48,709 nucleotides of DNA from Bacilli bacterium. Lineage in GTDB: Bacteria; Bacillota_I; Bacilli_A; RF39; UBA660. The first letter of the stretch is position 1. Each line of letters starts with the position of its first letter. Location: contig DAOPJC010000001.1 in assembly GCA_035399485.1 (NCBI GenBank), forward strand, positions 1-48,709. Direction: 5' to 3'. Positions 1 through 10,181 of the stretch are shown here, one piece after another. The notes beneath the pieces are model-generated. The model was not told the origin of the DNA. It searched no databases and worked only from the letters and a program-made list of their open reading frames with translations. The position numbers and the translations under genes are program-made.

Positions 1-76
<76 letters not shown>

Positions 77-79
77 ATA

Positions 80-156
80 TGGTGGGCGATATAGGACTCG
101 AACCTATGACCCCCTGCTTGTAAGGCAGGTGCTCTAACCAACTGAGCTAATCGCCC
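80..156 (-). tRNA. tRNA-Val (anticodon UAC), CCA encoded
   Basis: Reverse complement: acceptor GGGCGAT/ATCGCCC, D stem GCTC/GAGC, anticodon stem CCTGC/GCAGG with loop CTTACAA, T arm ATAGG-TTCGAGT-CCTAT, 3' CCA. Confidence 0.9.
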
Positions 157-214
157 ATAAAATCAGTTGACATAGTTAATATTATCATTATTGTATTATT
201 TTGTCAACAATATT

Positions 215-574
215 TTATACATTTTTTTGTTTTTTTAAACTTTCTTCTATCCACATAGGTAACCTATAAGAAAGCGTCTTAAATCCAAGACTTGTCTCTT
301 TAATTTTTCTCTTTGTTATGTACTGTTTTTTTCTATAATGAATATTCTTTATACTTAATTTTAATTGTAATGTTTCTTCATCAATATCTAATACTTCGAC
401 ATATATAGTTTCACCTATTTTTAAAAAATCATTTATATCTTTTACAAAACCATGTGATATTTCAGATATATGAATTAATCCTGTATAATACTCATCTAGC
501 GAAACAAATGCACCATAATTTTCTATACCAGTGATTGTTCCTTTTGCTATTTTACCTTTTTCATATGGTGTCAT
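215..574 (-). CDS. S1 RNA-binding domain protein (YabR/GSP13-like)
   Basis: GTITGIENYGAFVSL...GLIHISEIS...GETIYVEVLDID...LKLSIK is a typical S1 OB-fold signature. Confidence 0.8.
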   Translation of the reverse strand: MTPYEKGKIAKGTITGIENYGAFVSLDEYYTGLIHISEISHGFVKDINDFLKIGETIYVEVLDIDEETLQLKLSIKNIHYRKKQYITKRKIKETSLGFKTLSYRLPMWIEESLKKQKNV

Positions 575-670
575 AATATCACCTACCGCATGTATTATAT
601 CATAATTTGTCTATAATTTAAAGTGTTTACATAATTTAGCTTTTCATATATAATATCTTTGGTGAGAAAA

Positions 671-937
671 ATGAAAAAGAACGAAACAGAACAAAAAATC
701 ATAGATATTATAAATCATTTAAGACCATTTTTAGTAAATGATGGTGGTAATATTGAATTTGTTAAATATGAAGATAATATTGTCTATATAAAAATGATGG
801 GAGCTTGTGCTAACTGTCAAATGCTAGATCTTACTTTAAAAGATGGTATTGAAGCCGCAATTAAAGAAGAAATTGATGAAGTACTTGGTGTAGTAAATTT
901 AAGTGAATCATCTCAAGATTATAATGATATTTTTTAA
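671..937 (+). CDS. NifU-like (Nfu C-terminal type) Fe-S cluster protein
   Basis: LRPFLVNDGGNIEFV...MMGACANCQ (CxxC). I prefer the ATG at 671 behind GGTGAG over the TTG at 659 in the ORF track. Confidence 0.8.
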   Translation: MKKNETEQKIIDIINHLRPFLVNDGGNIEFVKYEDNIVYIKMMGACANCQMLDLTLKDGIEAAIKEEIDEVLGVVNLSESSQDYNDIF

Positions 938-1839
938 ACAAGCTTATATGCTTGTTTTTTTATCCATTCAATTTCGGGTAGAATATTATTACTATTTAAA
1001 TATACATATAATTCTTTAATGAATTCTTCATATTTTTCTATACTATTAATAATATTATAGAATTCTTCACTATTAAAATCGTCATGTAGAGTTTTATCAA
1101 AAATATCAAAATATTGAGTTATATATAAAAATCTAATAAAAAATAAATATTTTTCATAATTATTTAAATCATCTATATATAAATTTAAGTTTTCTATTTC
1201 TTTTTCTTTTATTAATTTATCTTTATATAATTCGCATATATCTCTACATCTATTATCTATTATGATATTTAAATGATTATATAAATCTTTTACCTTCATA
1301 TTAATATTAATTCTTTGATGTGATAAGTACATCTTATCATTATTAACATTCCCTAATAATTGAATAGCATTTTCAGTTAATCCTATAAAATAATCAATAT
1401 TACTACCAAATTCTTTATATTTATTTTTATTTGAATCTATAACATTTTCGATATAGTCAATTTTATTTGACCACATATTTAACCAATTATTTCTTAATAG
1501 ACTTTTATAATTATTTGGAATAATTATATTGGATATTTTTTTTACATGATTAACATTTATTTTATCATCATCATTAACTATTATTTTCATTAGTATATAA
1601 TTTTTGTCATTATAGTTTGTTAATATCTGATTTGTATTATTTAATATTATTTCATGAAGATAAATACCTATACTATATAGATAATATTCTAAATTATATA
1701 ATTCATATAATTCTTCATTAGTTCTTTTATATTCTTGAAAAGTATAATTATCATTATTATATTTAAAATAGTATTCTTCTTTATTTTGATATATATCTTT
1801 TATATCAATATTATAAAAATAATTAATAACATTCTTCAT
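934..1839 (-). CDS. hypothetical protein (Asn/Tyr/Ile-rich, no family recognised)
   Basis: Long ORF co-directional with and immediately downstream of the helicase gene. I found no motifs I can name. Confidence 0.4.
   Translation of the reverse strand: MKNVINYFYNIDIKDIYQNKEEYYFKYNNDNYTFQEYKRTNEELYELYNLEYYLYSIGIYLHEIILNNTNQILTNYNDKNYILMKIIVNDDDKINVNHVKKISNIIIPNNYKSLLRNNWLNMWSNKIDYIENVIDSNKNKYKEFGSNIDYFIGLTENAIQLLGNVNNDKMYLSHQRININMKVKDLYNHLNIIIDNRCRDICELYKDKLIKEKEIENLNLYIDDLNNYEKYLFFIRFLYITQYFDIFDKTLHDDFNSEEFYNIINSIEKYEEFIKELYVYLNSNNILPEIEWIKKQAYKLV
936..963 (+). terminator. Rho-independent terminator after the NifU-like gene
   Basis: AAACAAGC-TTATAT-GCTTGTTT hairpin followed by a T-run. Confidence 0.6.
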
Positions 1840-1869
1840 ATATTAACCCCTATTAATATTATGCTTAGA

Positions 1870-3330
1870 TCATGGTTTATATTTATAGTTTATTTTTACA
1901 TTATTATATTTAAATATATCTTTCATAAAAATAGATTCTTTTTTTATTTTAGTTAAAATATATACCTTATTTTTTGTTCTTGTTAAAGCAACATAGAATA
2001 GTCTTCTTTCTTCTAATATATCAGTCTTCATATTAAATAATTCTCTTCTTATGTTTGTTTCTTTTATTTTACTTGGAAATCCTTTAATATCATTTTCAAA
2101 ATTTATCAATATTACATTTTCAAATCCTAATCCTTTTGCTGAATGAATAGTCATAAATTTTATTATTATATTTTTATTTTTTTTATAAATTATATTATTA
2201 TCTTTAATATTAAACATATTACTTTTTATTTTTAATATATCATCTTTATATCTTCCTAAAACAAGTATTTCATTACTGGTTTTACTTATTTCATTAATTA
2301 TTTTTTCAAATTGAAAAGTAAAATTATTAGTATATCCATATATTTCTAATGGGTTATCTAACCTTTTTGATGATACTAATTGTTTTTTTATTTGTTTATC
2401 AGAACTCATAATAAAATTACCAGTAATGTTAATTAATTCTTGGCTATTTCTATAAGTTCTACTAATAAATAGTTTTTTAGCATTCATGTCATTTTCATAA
2501 TTTAAAAATAAATTTATATTTGAGCCAGCAAAAGCATATATAGCTTGAAAATCATCACCAACAACTATTGTATAAGCATTAGTTATTTTAATTAGCTTTT
2601 GTAGTAAAATATATCTATTCTTTGAAATATCTTGATATTCATCAACAATTATATATTTATACCTATTTTTTATACTATCTATTTTAGATGCTTTTGTAAT
2701 TAATGATTCAAAATCTAATTCATAACTATCTTTGATTATTTCATTATACTCAGATAAAATATTATTTATATACTCGTAATATTTTTCTATATATTTATTT
2801 TTAATTACAGGCTTATTATTACTATTAATTTGTAGTGTTCTAATATTATTAACTGTAAAATCAATAAATACTTTATTTTCATTTAATGAATTCTTAATTA
2901 TTTTTTTATATATTTTATCTTTCTTCAAGTGTTTTTGTATTGTTTTAGTATTACTATTTTTTTTAATCAAATGTTCTAATAATTTATTACTATCGTTATT
3001 TATTTTATAGCGCATATCATTTTCTTTTAATAATTCATATGCTAATTTATGAAAGGTATAAATGTGAGCATCAATACCCAATTTATTATTAATATTATCT
3101 TTTAAATCATCTATTGTTTTATTAGTAAAAGATATTATTAAGATTTCATTTGGATTTATGTGCTTATACTTTACTAAATATTTTACTTTTGCCATTATTG
3201 TAGTAGTTTTACCACTTCCTGCACCCGCAATAACTATTAGATTCTTACTATTATCAATAACTACTTGTTGTTGTTCTAAATCTAAAATTATATTTTGATC
3301 TATTTCTTTTAATATATTTTTTATTTCCAT
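1870..3330 (-). CDS. UvrD/Rep superfamily-1 DNA helicase, short form
   Basis: Walker A AGAGSGKTTT, motif II VDEYQD, VGDDFQAIY, TYRNS, TIHSAKGLGFENVIL, VALTRTK. Confidence 0.8.
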   Translation of the reverse strand: MEIKNILKEIDQNIILDLEQQQVVIDNSKNLIVIAGAGSGKTTTIMAKVKYLVKYKHINPNEILIISFTNKTIDDLKDNINNKLGIDAHIYTFHKLAYELLKENDMRYKINNDSNKLLEHLIKKNSNTKTIQKHLKKDKIYKKIIKNSLNENKVFIDFTVNNIRTLQINSNNKPVIKNKYIEKYYEYINNILSEYNEIIKDSYELDFESLITKASKIDSIKNRYKYIIVDEYQDISKNRYILLQKLIKITNAYTIVVGDDFQAIYAFAGSNINLFLNYENDMNAKKLFISRTYRNSQELINITGNFIMSSDKQIKKQLVSSKRLDNPLEIYGYTNNFTFQFEKIINEISKTSNEILVLGRYKDDILKIKSNMFNIKDNNIIYKKNKNIIIKFMTIHSAKGLGFENVILINFENDIKGFPSKIKETNIRRELFNMKTDILEERRLFYVALTRTKNKVYILTKIKKESIFMKDIFKYNNVKINYKYKP

Positions 3331-3366
3331 AATTATATATACAATATTATTTAAGTAAATCCTTAA

Positions 3367-3396
3367 AAAAAGAAGATTAAAACTAATCTTCTTTAA
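3367..3396 (-). terminator. Rho-independent terminator of trpS
   Basis: Minus strand AGAAGATTA-GTTT-TAATCTTCT followed by a T-run, overlapping the trpS stop. Confidence 0.6.
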
Positions 3397-4393
3397 AATA
3401 ATCTATTTTCATATTTTTTCTTACGCGTTTCATAACTGTTTCTGCTTGTTTTTGAGCACATTTTGTACCTTCTTTTAAAATATTATCTACTTCGTCTAAA
3501 TGTTCTTCATAATATTTCCTTTTATCTTGAATTGGTTTTAAGAAATTCATAATTTCTTCTATTAATTCTTTTTTACAAGCTACGCAGCCACGACAACCAC
3601 TTTTGCATTCACTACATATTGTATCTAAATTTTTACTATTCATTAATTTATGATAATAATATACCATACATACATTAGGATTTGCTTTATCATCTTTTTT
3701 AATTTTATTTGGATCTGTTATAGCACCCATTACTTTTTTTGATATTTCTTCAGCACTATCAGATAAATAAATAGCGTTCCCTAAACTTTTACCCATTTTA
3801 TCATTTCCATCTAATCCCTTAATACGAGGAGTTTTAGATAAAATTGCTTGTGGCTCTTTAAATGTTTCACCATATATATTATTAAATTTTCTTATTATTT
3901 CTCTTGCTTGTTCCACATGTGGTAATTGATCATCACCTACTGGAACAATATCACCATCTAATACAGCAATATCAGCAGCTTGATTAACTGGATATCCTAA
4001 AAAGCCATATGTAATACCTTCAGATTGATGTCCAAAAACATTCTCTTTTTGATTTGCTTCAAATTTAGTAGTTGGATTTCTAAATAATCTTGCGACTGTA
4101 ACTAAATTAGAAAAATATAGTGTTAATTCTGGTGTTTCTTTTACCATAGATTGGATATAAATATGAGAATATTTTGGATCTATTCCACATGATAAATAAT
4201 CTATTGCTAATTCTCTAACATTTTGTCTTACTTTTTCTGGATTATTAAAATTATCAGTTAACGCTTGTGCATCCGCAATTAAAATATAAGTTTCATAATC
4301 TTTTTGCATAGCAACTCTATTTTGTAATGATCCAAAATAATGTCCTAAATGTAATTTCCCTGTTGGTCTATCTCCTGTCATTAATACTTTCAT
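3383..4393 (-). CDS. trpS: tryptophan--tRNA ligase
   Basis: Class I aaRS HIGH-type motif TGKLHLGH, KMSKS-type motif KMGKS and overall TrpRS layout. There is a C-terminal Cys cluster (see findings). Confidence 0.9.
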   Translation of the reverse strand: MKVLMTGDRPTGKLHLGHYFGSLQNRVAMQKDYETYILIADAQALTDNFNNPEKVRQNVRELAIDYLSCGIDPKYSHIYIQSMVKETPELTLYFSNLVTVARLFRNPTTKFEANQKENVFGHQSEGITYGFLGYPVNQAADIAVLDGDIVPVGDDQLPHVEQAREIIRKFNNIYGETFKEPQAILSKTPRIKGLDGNDKMGKSLGNAIYLSDSAEEISKKVMGAITDPNKIKKDDKANPNVCMVYYYHKLMNSKNLDTICSECKSGCRGCVACKKELIEEIMNFLKPIQDKRKYYEEHLDEVDNILKEGTKCAQKQAETVMKRVRKNMKIDYFKED

Positions 4394-4509
4394 ATTACTC
4401 CTCCAAACAAATAATCTTTATTAATTATAACATACTTTACACATTTTTTCTATTACTTAACAATTTTAATGATTTTATCTATATTTTTCAATAATATTAC
4501 TTTTATATA

Positions 4510-4534
4510 TAAAAAAAGAAGTGTTAAACTTCTT
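4510..4534 (-). terminator. Rho-independent terminator
   Basis: Minus strand AGAAGT-TTAAC-ACTTCT then a T-run. The stop codon of the 4524-5786 gene lies in the loop. Confidence 0.55.
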
Positions 4535-5786
4535 TGTTTTTATCTATAAATATATTATATCTATAATCTTTATGTAATCCAGCTTTATAGAACAAAGTTC
4601 TATTCCCACATGAATCACTATAATATCTAATATAATCACCATCTAAGTAATAAACATAATTACCAATAAATCTTATTGAATTAATATCTGTAGTAGATAA
4701 TATATATGTAATATTATTAAGATTATTTATATTACTTTTATATACATTATATCTACCATTAACATTATTTATATAATAATAATATCCTGACTCATGACCT
4801 CTTTTAATTGTTTTAATGAAATTAGGATTATTATAATCATCAACATATTCATTACCAAAATTTAAATTATTAATGTTAATATCATTAATATTTGAGTATT
4901 TCCAACCATCACTATAGTATTTAATAGTTTTTTGATTGTCTCCTACTTCTTGAAGAGTTAATTTTTCACCATCTATTTCATATTCTTTACCTGTTGCTTC
5001 ATCATAAATAAATATTGAATCATCATAATATCCTAATACTTTTGCATTCTTTAAATCTTGTTGTGCTGATATTTTAAAATTCTTTGAAGAAGTAAATGAA
5101 TATACATTATATGTTATTGGAGCACTTGTATAATCTAATGTAATATATTTATCTTTAGTAAATCCAACACCCTTTATTGTATCTCCTTCAAATAATAGTG
5201 TATTAGCCACATAGTCAATATTATTAATTCTAAATAAATTTGAATCATTTACTAGACCGACAAAATGACTTTTAATTAAATTATCAATATATAGTATTGC
5301 ATTATATTTTTCTTTATTAACAGATGTATTATCAATCCATTTTGTTTCATCATAACCATATTCTTTTAATGATTCAACAAATTTCTTTAATTCTTCACTT
5401 GGATTAGTTATATTGTGATAAGGAATATTATATGTTCCATCATTACATAATACATCATTAAGGACTTTATTATCACGATATTTTATAAAAATACATTTAT
5501 AAGTATTATCCTCAAAATATTTAATTTTTTTAACTATTTCACTACTTCTTTTGAAATTTTGATATGTTAGTAATGAAAACTGTACTGTATCATTTTTTAT
5601 ACTAATTGAATAACTATTAGCATCTTTTTTTGCATTTGATTTAAATACTTCATTTACTGTAAATTTTTTATCATTATCTTTTACTTGATATTCTACTGTA
5701 TGACCATTACCTAAATAGATAAATACTATTTCAATTACAAAATAAATAATAAATATCAATACAGATAATCCAAATATTTTTTTCAT
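4524..5786 (-). CDS. membrane-anchored hypothetical protein
   Basis: N-terminal hydrophobic helix (LSVLIFIIYFVIEIVFIYL) followed by a Tyr/Asn-rich domain of about 390 aa. No family recognised. Confidence 0.5.
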   Translation of the reverse strand: MKKIFGLSVLIFIIYFVIEIVFIYLGNGHTVEYQVKDNDKKFTVNEVFKSNAKKDANSYSISIKNDTVQFSLLTYQNFKRSSEIVKKIKYFEDNTYKCIFIKYRDNKVLNDVLCNDGTYNIPYHNITNPSEELKKFVESLKEYGYDETKWIDNTSVNKEKYNAILYIDNLIKSHFVGLVNDSNLFRINNIDYVANTLLFEGDTIKGVGFTKDKYITLDYTSAPITYNVYSFTSSKNFKISAQQDLKNAKVLGYYDDSIFIYDEATGKEYEIDGEKLTLQEVGDNQKTIKYYSDGWKYSNINDININNLNFGNEYVDDYNNPNFIKTIKRGHESGYYYYINNVNGRYNVYKSNINNLNNITYILSTTDINSIRFIGNYVYYLDGDYIRYYSDSCGNRTLFYKAGLHKDYRYNIFIDKNKEV

Positions 5787-5859
5787 TTTGTGCCTCCTAG
5801 TATATATATTAAGTATATCTTATATTACTAATTTATTCAAGAAAAAAGATGTAATAAAA

Positions 5860-6306
5860 TTACACCTTACTTATTGGATTTGGATATTTCTTTTTTTCTT
5901 CCATCATAAATTGAGTTATAGAAGTTTCTATTTCTGGTAATGCATCTCTTTGTATATTAGATAATTTTACTACTTCTTTTATTGAATCTATATATATTTT
6001 TCCCCATAATATTCCCATTTTAACATTTAAGTCATTAAACATATCTGGAGTAATTGCAGTGAAAAAATATCCAAATAATAATCTTTTTGAACTAATAATT
6101 AATCTTTTATCAGTCATAACAACTGCATAAGTTGTTACTATATCAAATGGATTATCATTTTTTTGGGCTGCAAATGCATATTTAACTTCTTCATCTGGAT
6201 TTAAATGTAGATCAATTATTTTAGCATGTTTTTTTAATCTCCACGCTATTGTAAAAGGATATTTGCTTTTGAATTCTTTTAATTTATTATAAACTAAACT
6301 TTCCAT
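5860..6306 (-). CDS. bacterial PH-domain-like protein (YdbS/YdbT-like), tentative
   Basis: Size and pattern EEVKYAFAAQ...YAVVMTDKRLIISS resemble bPH domains. This is a weak call. Confidence 0.4.
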   Translation of the reverse strand: MESLVYNKLKEFKSKYPFTIAWRLKKHAKIIDLHLNPDEEVKYAFAAQKNDNPFDIVTTYAVVMTDKRLIISSKRLLFGYFFTAITPDMFNDLNVKMGILWGKIYIDSIKEVVKLSNIQRDALPEIETSITQFMMEEKKKYPNPISKV

Positions 6307-6319
6307 TTCACACCTCTAA

Positions 6320-7099
6320 CTAAATTATACCATTATTCTTCAAAAATTCAACATATTCTTCTTTTGAAGATAGACCAATAATTTTATCTGTTATTTCATT
6401 ATTCTCAACTATTATTAATGAAGGTACTTTCAAATTCATTTCATCAAAGTTGTTTATTTTTGATTCAAATAAATTACCTTCAGATTCTGATAGATCATTT
6501 AAATAGATAAAATTAATATCTATATCATATTCATCATTTATTTCAAATAAAATTTCTTCAAAAGAGTTACTATAACTACTAGTATAATTACCCATACCTA
6601 TTATAACTTTTTCATTGTTTAATATATCTACATATGAAGATAAATTTAAATAATTAATGGGTAATTTTTTATTTACTATAATATTATTATTTTCTAGTAA
6701 TTTATATAGTTTATTTGTACCAGTTAACCCTATTAAAGAGTCTACTAATTTACTATCTTTATATATTGCGATTGTAGGTGATTTAGTTACTACTTCTAAA
6801 TCTAATTTCTCATATATATTTTTGCTTCTTGCTTCTGATATTTTATTTAAATCTATATAATAATATTCAATATTATATTCTTTTATAAGCATTTTCAATT
6901 GATATGATTGTAATTTACATTCATCACAATTATTAGATGCGATATAAACCATTTTTAAATCAGTACTATTATTAATGTTTTCAACTATTTTTTCAATGTT
7001 TTTATATCTTTTAGTTATTTTATTAGAATTTATTGTTAATATCATTACTATTCCTAGCAATATTATTATTAAAAATATTATTTTACTTATTTTACTCAT
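6320..7099 (-). CDS. membrane-anchored thioredoxin-fold protein (two Trx-like halves)
   Basis: N-terminal TM helix. The first half has CDEC (CxxC) in the context YIASNNCDECK. The second half is similar but lacks the CxxC. Confidence 0.55.
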   Translation of the reverse strand: MSKISKIIFLIIILLGIVMILTINSNKITKRYKNIEKIVENINNSTDLKMVYIASNNCDECKLQSYQLKMLIKEYNIEYYYIDLNKISEARSKNIYEKLDLEVVTKSPTIAIYKDSKLVDSLIGLTGTNKLYKLLENNNIIVNKKLPINYLNLSSYVDILNNEKVIIGMGNYTSSYSNSFEEILFEINDEYDIDINFIYLNDLSESEGNLFESKINNFDEMNLKVPSLIIVENNEITDKIIGLSSKEEYVEFLKNNGII

Positions 7100-7163
7100 A
7101 AATCCTCCAAACTATATATATTATATCATAATATTATGTAAAAGAAAAAAAGCCTATTAAGCT

Positions 7164-7868
7164 TTAGTGTTTTCTTTCAATATTAAAATCAATATAATAA
7201 TTATTAGGATTTTTTGGATCAATTAATAAATCAACTAATCCATCTTCATCTGTTTGTTTTCTATCAAATCTTGGTTCTCCTACTAAATGTATTATTGAAC
7301 CTGTTTCAAGCTTATAATCTACTCCTATTGCAAGTAAAGAGCCACCATTATTACTTAAATTTGTATTCTCCATTTGATAAGGAAGATTTTTAATTAATTG
7401 GCCATTAGTCGCTAAATATTTAGCATTCTTTACTCTTTTAAAGACTTTTAACATATGATCAAATCCTACATAAACAAATAATAATGGGAATGCCCAAAAT
7501 ATATACATAAAGAAACTTTGTTTTACTTCATAATCAGTAGTACAATTTTTAGGATTTTTAGAATCATAGTAAACCATATTAGCTTTACTAGAAACTTTTT
7601 TATTTGATGAACCATAAGTTTTACAAGAATATTTTTCTCTTCCTACTTTATAATAATATATTGGTGAATACATAGTTTCCCCTTCACTATCAACATGTTC
7701 ATTAGTGTCTATACTAATTGCTTTAGTTTTAGAGTCTAAAAATAATTTTTTTATTGTTCCTCCAAAGACTACATAAGTCATTATTATAAAGAATAATAAT
7801 CCTACTATAAAAAAAGTAAAACCAAATCCATAACCTTTTCTTATATTTTTAAAATCTATATTATACAT
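7164..7868 (-). CDS. DUF3592-like membrane protein
   Basis: TM helix, then YSPIYYYKVGREKYSC...MVYYDSKNPKNC, then a second TM helix, which is the usual DUF3592 layout. Confidence 0.5.
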   Translation of the reverse strand: MYNIDFKNIRKGYGFGFTFFIVGLLFFIIMTYVVFGGTIKKLFLDSKTKAISIDTNEHVDSEGETMYSPIYYYKVGREKYSCKTYGSSNKKVSSKANMVYYDSKNPKNCTTDYEVKQSFFMYIFWAFPLLFVYVGFDHMLKVFKRVKNAKYLATNGQLIKNLPYQMENTNLSNNGGSLLAIGVDYKLETGSIIHLVGEPRFDRKQTDEDGLVDLLIDPKNPNNYYIDFNIERKH

Positions 7869-7891
7869 AAATACACCTCTTTCTAATTATA

Positions 7892-8545
7892 TCATAAATA
7901 TTTGCTAGCTTCTTTTATACTTAATTTATCCATTTTATCATTATATTTATCAATAAATTCTTTTACCCATGTTGAATTAATTTTAGAATAATCTCTTAAA
8001 CTCCAACCTATTGCTTTATTAATAAAAAATTCACTTGTTCCAAAATTATTTACAATTATTTTTTCAAATAGTTCTGTGTTAGTATCATTTTTGTATTCTT
8101 GTTGAAAATCAATAGATACTCTTCTAAGCCACATATTATCATCAGTAGACCATTTTATCATTACTTCTTCTAATTCTTTATTATCAAGTACTATTTTACC
8201 TACAAAGGCGTCTAGAGAATCTGCTGTTTCCCACCATGATTTTGTAATAATTAATTTTTTAATTTTGTCTAAATCTTCTTTTTTTAAATATTTAGTATTT
8301 TGAGCTAAATAACTTATACAGATATATTGAGCTTCTCTATAATCTTTATTCCAACATAAATCTACGAAATTCCAATCTAAAGGATATTTTTTACTTTCTT
8401 TCAAATATGGCTTTACGAATTCAGTTAATTTAGGTTTTAGAATACCTAAAAAATTAAATTTATTTTGCATATATTGAGCCATTTTTATACTTTGTTCATT
8501 ATCTTTTAATTTTTCTAATTCAGTAAATAAATTTTCATACCACAT
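7892..8545 (-). CDS. DNA alkylation repair protein (AlkC/AlkD-like HEAT-repeat family)
   Basis: Family-typical N-terminus (KMAQYMQNKFNFLGI) and C-terminus (WLRRVSIDFQ...NKAIGWSLRDYSK). Confidence 0.7.
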   Translation of the reverse strand: MWYENLFTELEKLKDNEQSIKMAQYMQNKFNFLGILKPKLTEFVKPYLKESKKYPLDWNFVDLCWNKDYREAQYICISYLAQNTKYLKKEDLDKIKKLIITKSWWETADSLDAFVGKIVLDNKELEEVMIKWSTDDNMWLRRVSIDFQQEYKNDTNTELFEKIIVNNFGTSEFFINKAIGWSLRDYSKINSTWVKEFIDKYNDKMDKLSIKEASKYL

Positions 8546-8575
8546 ATAATCACACTTTCATATTAATTATACAAT

Positions 8576-8603
8576 AAAAAAGATAGATTTTATCTATCTT
8601 TTA
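8576..8603 (-). terminator. Rho-independent terminator
   Basis: AGATAGAT-TTT-ATCTATCT perfect hairpin flanked by A and T runs, just after the stop of the XRE gene. Confidence 0.6.
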
Positions 8604-8606
8604 AAA

Positions 8607-9182
8607 TCAGCCTAAAATTAGTTTCATAATTAATAATATTACAAGAGTAATTAAGGCAGAACAAATTCCTATTAGAATTCTTTGATATGGTTTTTTAGCT
8701 TTTTCTTCCTTCTTTTCATCTGGTGTTAGATTAGTTTGATTTACAAAAGCAACTATTTCTTTATATGTTTGAATATTTTTAGCATTTTTATATTTTTCTA
8801 TATAAAGTGAAGTTGCAAAAGTAATAATAAATATTACTGCCCATATAATCATTCCTGTTATTTCTAAATATTTAAATAATGGGTAAGCACTAAAAATCAT
8901 TACAATTAATTCTCCTGTAAAAATAAGACTTATCAAATTAAATTTTTTGATTTCACTTTCATCGATTTCTTTTTTCATCTTTTCAATATCTCCTTTTATA
9001 AATTCATCTAGAGAAACATTAAAGATATTACTAAGTAAGGATAAACTTTTTATATCTGGATAATTCTTATTTGTTTCCCAATTAGAAATAGTTTGTCTCG
9101 AAACAAAAACGCGTTCTGCTAATTCTTCTTGAGAAATTTTTATATTATCCCTATATGTTTTTATTCTACTTCCTATATCCAT
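8607..9182 (-). CDS. XRE-family HTH regulator with C-terminal transmembrane segments
   Basis: ISQEELAERVFVSRQTISNWETNKNYPD HTH, followed by hydrophobic helices. Confidence 0.75.
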   Translation of the reverse strand: MDIGSRIKTYRDNIKISQEELAERVFVSRQTISNWETNKNYPDIKSLSLLSNIFNVSLDEFIKGDIEKMKKEIDESEIKKFNLISLIFTGELIVMIFSAYPLFKYLEITGMIIWAVIFIITFATSLYIEKYKNAKNIQTYKEIVAFVNQTNLTPDEKKEEKAKKPYQRILIGICSALITLVILLIMKLILG

Positions 9183-9263
9183 TTTGCACCTCCACTAACA
9201 ATTTATTATAAAGAGCTATTTTTGTCTATCAAATGTTTTTGACATAGACATTTTTTATTATAA

Positions 9264-9740
9264 TTATTTATCTATTTCTTTTATTTTAGTAATAAAGCTA
9301 TCTATATTAGAATTATTTAAACTAGGTTTTCTATCATCTTTTTTACTAACCATATTGGCAATAAATTTATCAAATCCCTTTTGCTTTTCTATTTCCATTT
9401 CTCCGCCGAAACTAGTATGAGCAAAAGATATAGCTAATAAATCTTTGGGAATATTTTGTGAATAATAGGTTTCCATATTTTCATCAAATCCACAGCAAAT
9501 AAAGAAAGCTATTTTTTTAGTTAAAAGAATATTATAATTATTATTAATAAATTTCTTTATTTTTTTACTAATCATTCCCATTCTAATAGGACTACCTATT
9601 AGAATAATATCATAATCATCAATATTAATATTTTGTTTATCTAAATCTATAATTGTTAAATTATTTATAGAATCTTTTATCATATTTGTACATTTTTTTG
9701 TTGTACCTGTTTTACTTGTATAAACTAATAATTTTTTCAT
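9264..9740 (-). CDS. flavodoxin-like protein
   Basis: MKKLLVYTSKTGTTKKC FMN-loop-like N-terminus, and size. Confidence 0.6.
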   Translation of the reverse strand: MKKLLVYTSKTGTTKKCTNMIKDSINNLTIIDLDKQNINIDDYDIILIGSPIRMGMISKKIKKFINNNYNILLTKKIAFFICCGFDENMETYYSQNIPKDLLAISFAHTSFGGEMEIEKQKGFDKFIANMVSKKDDRKPSLNNSNIDSFITKIKEIDK

Positions 9741-9744
9741 TTCA

Positions 9745-10173
9745 TCATATACTTTCTATTATCTTTTTAATATCTCTTTTTATTAGACTGCTCATGCTTT
9801 CTTTATATATAGATAAATCCATATTATTTAACTTATTTTCTATCTTATTAGATAATTCAGGTTTATATAATAGTATTAAATTCAATCTTAATAAACATTG
9901 TCTTATACATACACCATTATCATCATTTAATGTATCTAATATATAATCAATATTATCATTAATTTTATTATCTTTATCCCACTTTGCTAAAGAGCAGATT
10001 AATCTAAAACCACGAACTCTTAAAAACAGATTATCTTTTCTTAATAATCCTAATAATGTATCAAAATAATTATATAATTCATTTGATTCAGTACATATTG
10101 TTTCTAATTCTAATAATTCAGAGTATGCTGATTTATCATCAGAATTAATTAATATATTTAATTTATTTTCCAT
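9745..10173 (-). CDS. hypothetical helical-repeat protein
   Basis: ORF tightly packed behind the GyrI-like gene. No motif recognised. Confidence 0.4.
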   Translation of the reverse strand: MENKLNILINSDDKSAYSELLELETICTESNELYNYFDTLLGLLRKDNLFLRVRGFRLICSLAKWDKDNKINDNIDYILDTLNDDNGVCIRQCLLRLNLILLYKPELSNKIENKLNNMDLSIYKESMSSLIKRDIKKIIESI

Positions 10174-10181
10174 AATTATAC

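Noticed and set aside
1735-1956. Plus-strand ORFs in the track that lie inside minus-strand genes (1735-1956, 6657-6860, 6975-7160, 9686-9946, 12077-12507, 17451-17675, 19059-19283, 22461-22664, 23175-23369, 26036-26227, 28531-28893, 29880-30119, 33481-33699, 37127-37351, 37715-37945, 41070-41264, 43473-43682, 44106-44291, 48245-48439)
   Set aside because: They are antisense to genes with clear family signatures. Their Phe/Ile/Leu/Ser-rich low-complexity translations are what AT-rich antisense strands typically give, and none has a convincing SD.
4394-4523. T-box riboswitch upstream of trpS
   Set aside because: The gap is only about 130 nt, and I found no T-box consensus and no specifier or antiterminator architecture.
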